Below, piece after piece: positions 41,214 through 49,649 of a stretch of DNA of 64,000 nucleotides. Position 1 is the stretch's first letter; each line of letters starts with the position of its first letter. Made by a program: the position numbers and the translations under genes. The notes beneath the pieces were generated by a model. The model was given only the letters and a program-made list of their open reading frames with translations. It did not search any database and was not told where the DNA came from. The DNA is from an uncultured bacterium (GTDB lineage: Bacteria > Acidobacteriota > DATKUA01): contig CBFCZO010000004.1 in the NCBI GenBank assembly GCA_965602675.1, positions 6,512 to 70,511 of the forward strand, written 5' to 3'.

Positions 41214-41674
41214 GAATCTCGTTGGTTATTATAACGTAGGGAAGTGTGAGAAACTAAGGGCCGGAGTAACCGGGCGCTAAATCGAACACCGGCGGAGGTT
41301 GGATACAGGGCTCCTTAACTCCGCCGGGGTGTGTCTCCCTTGTAGTATGCTGTGAAGCATCATGCCGGTTAGCCTTTTGATCCGGCCGGATGACGGCAAC
41401 CGCCGCCCCACCGGAAGGAATGGTTCCTACCCGCCGGGAAAAATAGCACAGGGCAGACCCGCGGTCAATTAATCTGTGCTGCATCCCGCGCGGGAACCGC
41501 CGGTCGATACGCGCTGTCAGATGACTTGCGCGGCTGGCAGATTGACGACTTTCGGGTGCTGCTTGTTCCACACTCAAACAAACAATCCGCCTTGAGCCAA
41601 CTGTAGCTGTTCTGATAGAATCGCCCGTCCAAGGATCGCCGCGAGGCCCCTTTGTTAAACAAGGAGAATTAGTA

Positions 41675-42724
41675 ATGAAATCACTTCAATTCGCAGTGCT
41701 GACCACCCTTATCTTCTGCTTGATTATTCCGGCCGCCGCTGCCGCCCAGACTGCCGTAAGGCAGGCGGGCAGGGTTCTCGACCAGGATGACAACCCGATC
41801 GAGGGCGCCAAAGTCGTCGCGACCAATATGCGAACCAATAGATCCCAGGAAACAACCACCGACAAGAACGGACGATTCACCTTCCGGCGCCTGTTCGAGG
41901 GCCGCTACGTCTTTACCGTTACCAAGGAAGGCTACATCGGCCACAATGCTGAGATACAGCTCATGCCCAGCAATACGATGCCGCTGATCATGCACCTGCT
42001 GCCTGATCCGGGCGCCGGCAAGCCGACAAACGAGGACTTCGCCAGGGCCGCCGAAATGCTGCAGAACCGCCAATACGCCGAAGCCAGGGAAATATTCATC
42101 CAGTTCATCGATGCGTTCCCCGAACTGGCTGCCGCCTGGTTCAACCTCGGCATCTGCAGCTATGCATTGCAAGACTTCCCGGGAGCGGCAGAGGCGTTCG
42201 ACGAGACTATCAAGCTGGAACCGCAAAATACAAATGCAATGATTTTCTCCGCGCAAGCGCATACACAGCTTCGCGAAGTTCCAACGGCAATCGAACTCTA
42301 TGAGAAATATCTCCAATTAAAGGCCGACGACCTCGAGATCTGGCACACGGTCGGACAGCTCTACAACTTCCAGGGCAACCGCGAGAAGGCCCTGGAGAAT
42401 TTTAACAAAGCACTGGAGCTGAATCCCGACTACGCCGATTCGCACATCATGAAAGGTTTCACGCTCGTCGAATTGCAACGCCCCGACGAAGCGATTCCCC
42501 ACCTGGAGAAATACCTCGAGCTGATGCCCGGCTCAGCAGAAGCCGGCAAGGCCAGGGAAGCACTTGCCAAGATCTATCGGGACAAGGGCGATAAGCTGAT
42601 GTCAGAGGTCAAATACGAGCGGGCGATCGAGTGCCTCACCAAGTACCTCGAGCTCAAACCGGACGCGGAAGACGCCGAGGAAGTGAAGGCGATGATCGAG
42701 GCCGCGCAGGCCGAGCTTCAGTAG
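41675..42724 (+). CDS. Secreted TPR-repeat protein with an N-terminal carboxypeptidase-regulatory-like (CarboxypepD_reg) beta-sandwich domain.
   Basis: Signal peptide MKSLQFAVLTTLIFCLIIPAAAA. GRVLDQDDNPIEGAKVVATN...DKNGRFTFRRLFEGRYVFTVTKEGY. Then at least 6 TPR motifs. AAGGAGA RBS. Confidence 0.75.
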   Translation: MKSLQFAVLTTLIFCLIIPAAAAAQTAVRQAGRVLDQDDNPIEGAKVVATNMRTNRSQETTTDKNGRFTFRRLFEGRYVFTVTKEGYIGHNAEIQLMPSNTMPLIMHLLPDPGAGKPTNEDFARAAEMLQNRQYAEAREIFIQFIDAFPELAAAWFNLGICSYALQDFPGAAEAFDETIKLEPQNTNAMIFSAQAHTQLREVPTAIELYEKYLQLKADDLEIWHTVGQLYNFQGNREKALENFNKALELNPDYADSHIMKGFTLVELQRPDEAIPHLEKYLELMPGSAEAGKAREALAKIYRDKGDKLMSEVKYERAIECLTKYLELKPDAEDAEEVKAMIEAAQAELQ

Positions 42725-42763
42725 AAACATTCTTGCAGCCGGCTGCCGTTAAAAGACATTAAA

Positions 42764-42800
42764 GGGTCCCGATGCCGGGCATCGGGACCCTCAACTTTTT
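42764..42800. terminator. Strong bidirectional intrinsic terminator between the TPR gene and the convergent aminotransferase gene.
   Basis: Near-perfect palindrome GGGTCCCGATGCC-G-GGCATCGGGACCC (about 11 bp stem), followed by TCAACTTTTT. Confidence 0.7.
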
Positions 42801-42853
42801 GTGGTTCGATTTAACCGGAATTCAGAAATACGGCCGGCGCGTCAAACGGCCGG

Positions 42854-44071
42854 TCAGTAATGTTTCTCCATGTACTGCTCGATCTTGTCGTAGGCGCTGT
42901 TAAGAGTATCGAGGTCCGGCAGGAAGACCACGCGGCAGTGGCGCGTGCCCTCCTTCTCCCCGAATCCGGACCCATGCACTACAAGAACGCCGGTCTCGAA
43001 CAGCAGCCCTTTCACCCACTCCTCGTCGGTGTCATCGATCTCCAGGCGCGGGAATGCGTAGAAAGCCCCGAGCGGCTTCACGCAGGAGATGTGCTTGATT
43101 TCGTTGAGCCGCTTGAAAGTCAGATCGCGCCGCTGCCGTAACTTCTCGACCGCTCCCGCCAGGTGGCTGTTGTCGCCCAACAGCGCGGGCTTGATGGCGT
43201 ACTGTTCGGGGTGATTCGCGCACAGACGAGCCCTGACAATCTTGTTGACGTTCTCGGCATAATTGTCGATCAACTCCGGGGCGCCGCTGAAAATTGCCCA
43301 ACCAATCCGCCAGCCCGGCGCCATGTAATTCTTGCTGAGGCCGTTGAACGTCACCACCGGAAGCTCGGTGTCCAGGGAGGCCAGAGAGTGATGCGGCAGA
43401 TCGTCGAGGATCAGCTTGCTGTAAATCTCATCCATGAAGACGAGCAGGTTGTGATCGCGGGCCACCTCGGCCAACTGCAACAGCTTCTCGCGCGTGCAGA
43501 CCGATCCGGTGGGATTGTTGGGATTGATGATCACAAGCGCCCGGGTGCGGTTGTTGATCCTCGACACTATATCGTCGATGTTCGGCTGCCAGCCGTCATC
43601 CTCGTCGAGATAGTAGTAGTTTTCGGTAGCTTGAAGCTTCGACAGGATCGCGGAGTAGAGCGGATACCCCGGCGCCGGGATCAGAACATTCTCGCCGGGC
43701 TCCAGTAGAGCCGTCAGGCATAAATCTATGGCCTCGCTGCCGCCGGTCGACACAAAGACATTCCTGATCGTCTTGATGCCGTAGAGCTCCTCGGCTTCAC
43801 TCCTGATGGCATCCACCGCTTCGGGGATTCCCGACGCAGGTGAGTAGCCGCTGAGCCCGCGGTGCAGCGCGTCCAAAGTGGCTTCCTTTAACAGCTCGGG
43901 AACGTCGAAGTCGAACTGGCAGGGATCGCCGATATTGAGCGATAGAATCTGCTTTCCGCTTTTCCTGACCTGATCTGAAAGAAGAACTATATCGCGGATG
44001 GCGTAGCGCACGCCGTCCACCCGGGATGATGGTTTAATCGGTTTCATAACTTCTCTCCTCATGCTGGGCAA
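42854..44071 (-). CDS. Class I/II pyridoxal-phosphate aminotransferase (alanine/aspartate aminotransferase family).
   Basis: Fold-type I motifs including the PLP-lysine context LSKNYMAPGWRIGW and NPNNPTG. The likely start is MKPIKP at about 44047. Confidence 0.85.
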   Translation of the reverse strand: MPSMRREVMKPIKPSSRVDGVRYAIRDIVLLSDQVRKSGKQILSLNIGDPCQFDFDVPELLKEATLDALHRGLSGYSPASGIPEAVDAIRSEAEELYGIKTIRNVFVSTGGSEAIDLCLTALLEPGENVLIPAPGYPLYSAILSKLQATENYYYLDEDDGWQPNIDDIVSRINNRTRALVIINPNNPTGSVCTREKLLQLAEVARDHNLLVFMDEIYSKLILDDLPHHSLASLDTELPVVTFNGLSKNYMAPGWRIGWAIFSGAPELIDNYAENVNKIVRARLCANHPEQYAIKPALLGDNSHLAGAVEKLRQRRDLTFKRLNEIKHISCVKPLGAFYAFPRLEIDDTDEEWVKGLLFETGVLVVHGSGFGEKEGTRHCRVVFLPDLDTLNSAYDKIEQYMEKHY

Positions 44072-44184
44072 CTAGAGTATAAATCGTTCCAGAATTCGCG
44101 ACAAGTAACAGAAAGAATCTACGTCCTTTCCCACCGACCCGGCGCCACCTGTCCATTGTGGAATCAACGGAAATATGTATATAG

Positions 44185-44961
44185 TTGCGGCGGAGGCATT
44201 TCCGAACCTATATGTCGGCAGAAAGCCCGCGACCGATTCCGCGCCCGCTGGTGATCGCCCATCGCGGGCAGGCATCCTCACACCCCGAAAACACCTTGGC
44301 CGCTTTCGAGGCGGCGCTGGCCACGGGCGCCGACGGCATCGAGTGCGATTCGCGGCTCAGCGCCGACGGCGTGCCGGTAGTGATCCACGACTCCAGCCTC
44401 CAACGCACAGCCGGCGTCCGGGGCAAGGTCGGATCCCGCACGCTGAATCAGTTGCGCCTGCTCGACGCGGGCGGGGGGGAGTCGATACCCACGCTCGCGG
44501 AAACCGCTGATCTTTGCCGCGGCAAGGCGCTGCTTTGCCTTGAATACAAGGAAGTCCAGGCGGTGGCGCCGTCGATCGCGGCGCTCAAGAGCCACCACGC
44601 CGGAGGCCTGATGTTCTGCAGCTTCCTCCCCAAAGCGCTGCGAGCATGCAAGGAGTTGTGGCCGGAAGTGCCTACATTGCTGATAACCGGTTCGCGCAAT
44701 CCCAATCCCATCGTCCGCTGGCGCGAATCCTTTCCGCTGGCAGCTATAAGGCGCGTCGATGCCGACGGCCTCTCTTGCCACCACTCGGTGCTCACGCCCA
44801 AGCGTGCCGGGCAGGTGCGCTCGGCCGGGTTGGGGCTGGTGGCCTGGTGCACTGTCGAGGAGGAAAACGAACCGCCCACCTGGTTCGAAAAAGCAATCGA
44901 GACGCACCCCGACGCTCTGGTCACGACCTGGCCTGTGAAATTGATGGAGCTGCTGAACTGA
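44185..44961 (+). CDS. Glycerophosphodiester phosphodiesterase (GDPD/UgpQ family).
   Basis: PLVIAHRGQASSHPENTLAAFEAALATGADGIECDSRLSADGVPVVIHD is the canonical GDPD catalytic N-terminus. Probable start MSAES at 44212. Confidence 0.85.
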   Translation: MRRRHFRTYMSAESPRPIPRPLVIAHRGQASSHPENTLAAFEAALATGADGIECDSRLSADGVPVVIHDSSLQRTAGVRGKVGSRTLNQLRLLDAGGGESIPTLAETADLCRGKALLCLEYKEVQAVAPSIAALKSHHAGGLMFCSFLPKALRACKELWPEVPTLLITGSRNPNPIVRWRESFPLAAIRRVDADGLSCHHSVLTPKRAGQVRSAGLGLVAWCTVEEENEPPTWFEKAIETHPDALVTTWPVKLMELLN

Positions 44962-44980
44962 TTTTCCCGCGATGTCTTGC

Positions 44981-45412
44981 TCAGCGGGGATCGTAGCGCA
45001 TCAACGCCGCAAACGAGATCAGCCCGGCGGCAAGGTTGTAGAGCACAAGCCAGATCAGCTGCCACCAGGGCGTTTCCTGCCGATTCGCCGCTCCAGACGC
45101 CGACCATACCGCCGTCCCACGGGGTACTGAATCCAGGGGCACTTCCTTCGTCGAAAAAGTGTTTCGCTCTATTGACCTGTTGCCGTAAACCAGATGAGCG
45201 CTCTCGCTGTCCCGCCCGTCGCGCTCGACCACGAAGTCATGCAGTATGCGCCGGTAGCGCTCAGCGCTTTCGCGCAGCAGGCTGAATCCGTGGATGCCGG
45301 TGCCGCACAACGTCTGCAGGCTGTCCGAAAGCAGGCCGTAAGGAGAAATCCAGGAGACGCCCTGAGCCAGCAACACCTGTTGCACCCGCGCTCCTGAAGC
45401 GCCGTCGCGCAC
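44981..45412 (-). CDS. Hypothetical protein (143 aa) with a C-terminal hydrophobic helix. Could be a frameshifted C-terminal extension of the upstream permease.
   Basis: ORF only. Ends WWQLIWLVLYNLAAGLISFAALMRYDPR. It is in a different frame from the 45470-46444 ORF, whose end lies 58 nt upstream. Confidence 0.25.
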   Translation of the reverse strand: MRDGASGARVQQVLLAQGVSWISPYGLLSDSLQTLCGTGIHGFSLLRESAERYRRILHDFVVERDGRDSESAHLVYGNRSIERNTFSTKEVPLDSVPRGTAVWSASGAANRQETPWWQLIWLVLYNLAAGLISFAALMRYDPR

Positions 45413-45469
45413 TCGCTGTTGCCCCTAGCAAATTCGCTGACTTGCTTCCGCCCTCATCGGCATTTGCGG

Positions 45470-46444
45470 CTAGAATGGATCGCCGCTGAAGCGTCCGATG
45501 TACGGAGGGTAGCTGTCCCAGATCTCGTCGCCCAACCTCTCCTGTTCCCCCGAAACCCACTGCTGCTGGGGAATGTCCACCATCTGCTCCGACACCAATC
45601 TGCTTACGCCCGGAGTGGCGACGACCGCCAGCACCCAGAAAACCAGCAGAATAACCAGCGCGACGGCCGGACGCGAAGTCATCGCGCTGGCCGCCATCCC
45701 CACAAGGATGAACAATGAGATGTAAAAAATCGAGATGAAAAAGGACCAGGCGAGCGGCAGCAGAACCTCGCCGGACAAGGGCGGACCGTCGAGTAGTTCC
45801 AACGCCACAAGGTTGACTACTAATCCAAGCACAAGCGCCGCCAAAGCCACGGCCAGCAGGCCTAGATAGTTACCGGCGAAGAGGCTCAGCCTCGAAACCG
45901 GATTGGCGAGCACCTGGCGCAGCGTCCCGTCGCGCTTCTCGCCGGATACCGAGCCGAAACTGATAACAATGGCAAGAAGCGCCATAAGGCCGCCGACGAT
46001 GAAATTCCAATCGACCGAATTCAGCAATGGCAGCTTGTAATTGCCCCGCCCCTCGTGCCCCAACTCCAGGCGCGCGAAGGCGTTCATCACCACGGTATTC
46101 GGCAGCATCCTGCTTCCGCCCTCTGCCACGAAAGCAAGCGGAGAGGGAGGCTTCTGGAAATGCTGGTGGAACGATGAGAGCTGCTGGAGATTCGAACTGT
46201 TGTTCTCCAGGCCCCTGGTATTCTGAGCCACCGACTCCAGATAGCCTTCCCGCTCGACGCGGTAGCGCTCCGCGCCCACTATCCCGTTAAAAAGGAATGA
46301 CAAAACCACCAGCGCCGCGAGGAAGAGGAATTTCGCGTCCTTCAACCCATCCAACATCTTCAGGCGTGCAATTGACAGCATCGTTCCAACCTCAACGTAC
46401 GTCGTATCGGATAAAGGCGACAAAGCCCACGGCAAACACAACAA
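45470..46444 (-). CDS. ABC-2 family transporter permease (probable start near 46378, MLSIARLKML).
   Basis: 6 TM-type hydrophobic profile with a large first extracytoplasmic loop, typical of ABC-2/NosY/GldF-like permeases. No ATPase adjacent. Confidence 0.5.
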   Translation of the reverse strand: MLCLPWALSPLSDTTYVEVGTMLSIARLKMLDGLKDAKFLFLAALVVLSFLFNGIVGAERYRVEREGYLESVAQNTRGLENNSSNLQQLSSFHQHFQKPPSPLAFVAEGGSRMLPNTVVMNAFARLELGHEGRGNYKLPLLNSVDWNFIVGGLMALLAIVISFGSVSGEKRDGTLRQVLANPVSRLSLFAGNYLGLLAVALAALVLGLVVNLVALELLDGPPLSGEVLLPLAWSFFISIFYISLFILVGMAASAMTSRPAVALVILLVFWVLAVVATPGVSRLVSEQMVDIPQQQWVSGEQERLGDEIWDSYPPYIGRFSGDPF

Positions 46445-47933
46445 GAGCTCCGAACGCCAGGGCGCCTACCGGAACAAGAGCCCCATTGAAATCCGAGCCG
46501 CCCTCGATCCCGCCGTACGGCGTTGTTTCCTCCGCGGGCAACGGACCCCAGGTGTGTGGCCCGACCTGCTCCCGGTAAAGCATCGGATTCTGCATCGCCA
46601 TCTGCCGGTACTGCCGCACACGCTGCTGATACATCTCGTCGCCGATAGTCGCCTCATCTCTGCGGGTGAAGAACTGCAGCGCGTTCCTGCCGAAATAACC
46701 CCGGCTCCTGAACCCCTCGATAAGCTGCTCGCGGTAGCGGCGCGCCGAGCGCATGAATTTCTCATAGGCGGAGATGTCGGTTCCCGAAAGCAGGGTAAAC
46801 GCGTCGCGCAGATGGTGGGCGGGCGCTATCAACGAGAGGGTGCCCGCGAGCGAAACCTGGCGGTCGCGCTGCGACTCATGGCTCCTAAAAACCGCCCAAG
46901 TTCGGTCGGCGTTGGAAAACATCAGCGGTTCGATGAAGCGCACGTAATCGGCGGTCTGGCGGTAGTTCTCGAGGCCGCCGTCGAACATCCAGTAGCCGCC
47001 CTCACTGCCGTAGCCGCCCGTCCAGCCCGACGTGGCCCTGGGATGGGACTCATAGAAGTCCCTCAACTTCGCCCTGTACTCCTCGCGGATCTCGTCTTCC
47101 AGCCTCGTGATCTCCGTCGGTGACGGCGGCGGCACGAACAAGCCCGATGCCTCCTGCGCGGCGCCCGGGATAACTAGAACACCCAGAGCCCAGATCAGCA
47201 GCGCCAGCACCAGCGCGGTCGACGAGCGCCTCACCAGCACCGAGCTCAGCAGCCCAAGCGCAATGAACACGGCGGCGTAGAGCAAACCGGCCACAATCAT
47301 CAGCGCGAGCGCAGCCCACTGAACCGAGGTGAACTGAACGCCGAAAACGAAAGACAGCACCAGCAGGCTGCATGCGGACGAAACCAGGAAGGGAATGGCA
47401 ATGCATATCAGCCCCGCAGTGAACTTGGCCGCATATATCGTCCCGCGCCGGACGATGCCGATGCTCAGCAGTTTCAGCGTCCCCACTTCGCGCTCGCCGC
47501 TGACGGCGTCGTATGTGAACAACAGACTGAAGAGGCTGATCACAACCGTGAAGATGCTCAGTAGATCGAAGGGAGGCAGTGCCGCCATCAGAATGTTATC
47601 GGTAAAGCTTCCGGTCGCCTCGCTTGGAACCCTCCAGCGCAAAATCCTGACGCTGTTACCCAGCCGCCTGTTCTCGCCCTCCGCAAATATACTCAGAAGC
47701 GTGGGGGGGCGGTGCACCGTCGGGCTCACCTGCGTCGGGACGTAAACCTCCTCCGCCTCGTGCCGCGAGCTCATCTCCGCCGCGCTGAGATAGGAGTCGT
47801 TCCGCCGCTTGTAGTCGTCAGCCAGCACCCAGACGCTCACAACCACCAGGGCAAATATCGTCACCAGGGCGGCCGCGAAGCGGAACGTCAGCAGATGCTG
47901 GCGCACTTCCTTGGAAACCAGGTCAAGAAACAT
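46392..47933 (-). CDS. ABC-2 family transporter permease, large form (513 aa) with a C-terminal soluble domain of about 230 aa and a terminal TM.
   Basis: N-terminal MFLDLVSKEVRQHLLTFRFAAALVTIFALVVV is typical of ABC-2 permeases. 5-6 further TMs, then a hydrophilic Tyr/Arg-rich domain, then a final TM. Confidence 0.5.
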   Translation of the reverse strand: MFLDLVSKEVRQHLLTFRFAAALVTIFALVVVSVWVLADDYKRRNDSYLSAAEMSSRHEAEEVYVPTQVSPTVHRPPTLLSIFAEGENRRLGNSVRILRWRVPSEATGSFTDNILMAALPPFDLLSIFTVVISLFSLLFTYDAVSGEREVGTLKLLSIGIVRRGTIYAAKFTAGLICIAIPFLVSSACSLLVLSFVFGVQFTSVQWAALALMIVAGLLYAAVFIALGLLSSVLVRRSSTALVLALLIWALGVLVIPGAAQEASGLFVPPPSPTEITRLEDEIREEYRAKLRDFYESHPRATSGWTGGYGSEGGYWMFDGGLENYRQTADYVRFIEPLMFSNADRTWAVFRSHESQRDRQVSLAGTLSLIAPAHHLRDAFTLLSGTDISAYEKFMRSARRYREQLIEGFRSRGYFGRNALQFFTRRDEATIGDEMYQQRVRQYRQMAMQNPMLYREQVGPHTWGPLPAEETTPYGGIEGGSDFNGALVPVGALAFGALVVFAVGFVAFIRYDVR

Positions 47934-48127
47934 TCTCCTCCCCCTTTATCCGTTTTGACTCAACAGACCGGTCAAGAGTTGCCCCAAACTGTTATTTTTT
48001 TTACTCAAATGTCGAATTCAGAGGGAAACTGTTTGAATGCCTGTGCTGTGCTGATTATAAACAATGCGACTTTGCAGATGCCGCGCCGGCAGCGGCCGGG
48101 CTCCCAAGCGCACTCAAAAAGAAACAC

Positions 48128-49000
48128 TCAGCCGATTCTGATTCCTGCGTAGCCGACCACGCGCGAGCGGTCGCCGAAGATGTCGCCGGAAGTGGCATAC
48201 TTGATCAGATCCGCCTTTGTCGCGCCCAGCTCGAGCGCGGCCACAAGCGCGACGGTGACCGGCGCCACCCCGCACATCGAGATCTGCTCGCCGAGTACGG
48301 TCTGCAACAGGCCCTGCGGATCGAGCTCGAGGATTTTATTTATCGCCTTGCGATCTATCTCGCGAGCCAGCTCGTCCTCATGGAAGTGGCTCATGTCGGT
48401 GCTGGCGACAATCAGTACTCCCTCCCCCGCTTCCCTGATCGCTCCAGCCATCGCCTTGCCGATTTCCTCCAGATCGTTATATCGGTGGGTCCGCAGGCAG
48501 ATCGGTACGAACTTGGGGTCCTTGGATGACCATCTGATGAACGGCAGTTGAACTTCCAGAGAGTGCTCGCGCATGTGGGCGAGATGGTCTTCTTCCAGCA
48601 GCTTCGAGCGAGAGGTGATGGCGGCTGCCAGCTCAGCGTCGATAGGCACGTCGGCGCCGGGTATCGACCACGCCCCTTCGCTCATGATCGCAGCAGCCGC
48701 GCCGAGGCCGGTGTGGTTTGGGCTGAGCACGATAAAGCGCTCGGGCACGACTACGCTCGAAAAGACGGCGCCGGCCACGTGACCGGAATACACGTACCCG
48801 GCATGCGGGCTGACGACGGCAAGGGCTTCCCGACGCTCGCTGTCGGTGAGCATATACGAGCCGACTTCGCGGGCGAGTTCCTCGCTGCTCGCCGGGTAAA
48901 ACTGCCCGGCGACGGCAGGTGGCCTGATCACCAGTCCCCTCCTCTCTTCAGATCGTAATGATGATCCGCGCCTCGGCACGCGCACTCTGGAGCCAGACAT
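48128..49000 (-). CDS. AmmeMemoRadiSam system protein B (Memo1-like).
   Basis: VVSPHAGYVYSGHVAGAVFS, ASTDMSHFH and HSLEVQLPFI motifs of the Memo family. Confidence 0.85.
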   Translation of the reverse strand: MSGSRVRVPRRGSSLRSEERRGLVIRPPAVAGQFYPASSEELAREVGSYMLTDSERREALAVVSPHAGYVYSGHVAGAVFSSVVVPERFIVLSPNHTGLGAAAAIMSEGAWSIPGADVPIDAELAAAITSRSKLLEEDHLAHMREHSLEVQLPFIRWSSKDPKFVPICLRTHRYNDLEEIGKAMAGAIREAGEGVLIVASTDMSHFHEDELAREIDRKAINKILELDPQGLLQTVLGEQISMCGVAPVTVALVAALELGATKADLIKYATSGDIFGDRSRVVGYAGIRIG

Positions 49001-49649
49001 CCAGCCGGTTGTTGACGTCGCGCTCGATCAAAAGCTGTTCGAGTTGCCCCTTGACCTCCTCGAACGGAGGCAGCGGTTCCTCGGGATACTGCGCCCGGAA
49101 CTGCGCGGACCAGTCCCCCTCATAAAACTCGCGGATTTCGTCTTCTGCTACCTCATTATAACGCCTGAACCGATAATCGACGAATTTCAGCACCAGCAGC
49201 CGCTTGCGCAGCGATTCACGCAAGCCGGCCAGGGTCATACCCCGGGAGCCTAATTCCCTCTCCATCTCGCTTAACGACCCGAAGCGCTCGGCAAGAGTGC
49301 CCAGAGCGGTATCCACCTCACTCTCGCTCACCGTGAAGATCTTCAGCCTTTGAATCTCGGCGAGTATCAGAGCCTGGTTGATCAGAGCCTCGAGATTGGT
49401 CCTCATCAATTGGGGAAGATCCTCTTCGGCCGCTGCTTGCTCGGGCAGGGTCTGGCGCAGCTCGCTCAGCATGATCGGCTCGTCATTGACGATGGCGACA
49501 ACGCGGTCGGCCACCTGCTGCTGAGGCAGTAACACAAAAATCAGTAATATCAGACTAAAACGCATGACCGAAACTGAAAACCAGGGTTTCGTCGTAACCG
49601 CTGAGATCCCAGCTGTAGTCGACGCGCAGCGGTCCCAGCGGTGTCGCAT
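48948..49649 (-). CDS. Periplasmic SurA N-terminal-domain chaperone-like protein (no PPIase domain). The likely start is MRFSLILLIF at about 49565.
   Basis: Signal peptide, then VVAIVNDEPIMLSELRQ... which is characteristic of SurA_N-type chaperone domains. Located immediately downstream of bamA. Confidence 0.55.
   Translation of the reverse strand: MRHRWDRCASTTAGISAVTTKPWFSVSVMRFSLILLIFVLLPQQQVADRVVAIVNDEPIMLSELRQTLPEQAAAEEDLPQLMRTNLEALINQALILAEIQRLKIFTVSESEVDTALGTLAERFGSLSEMERELGSRGMTLAGLRESLRKRLLVLKFVDYRFRRYNEVAEDEIREFYEGDWSAQFRAQYPEEPLPPFEEVKGQLEQLLIERDVNNRLDVWLQSARAEARIIITI

Noticed and set aside
38415-41234. 939-aa plus-strand ORF mirroring ileS.
   Set aside because: Exact antisense shadow of the isoleucyl-tRNA synthetase gene, with no conserved motifs.
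47990-48110. Short GC hairpin (ccggc-agcg-gccgg) downstream of the Memo gene, considered as a terminator.
   Set aside because: 5-bp stem only, and no T-tract on the relevant strand.
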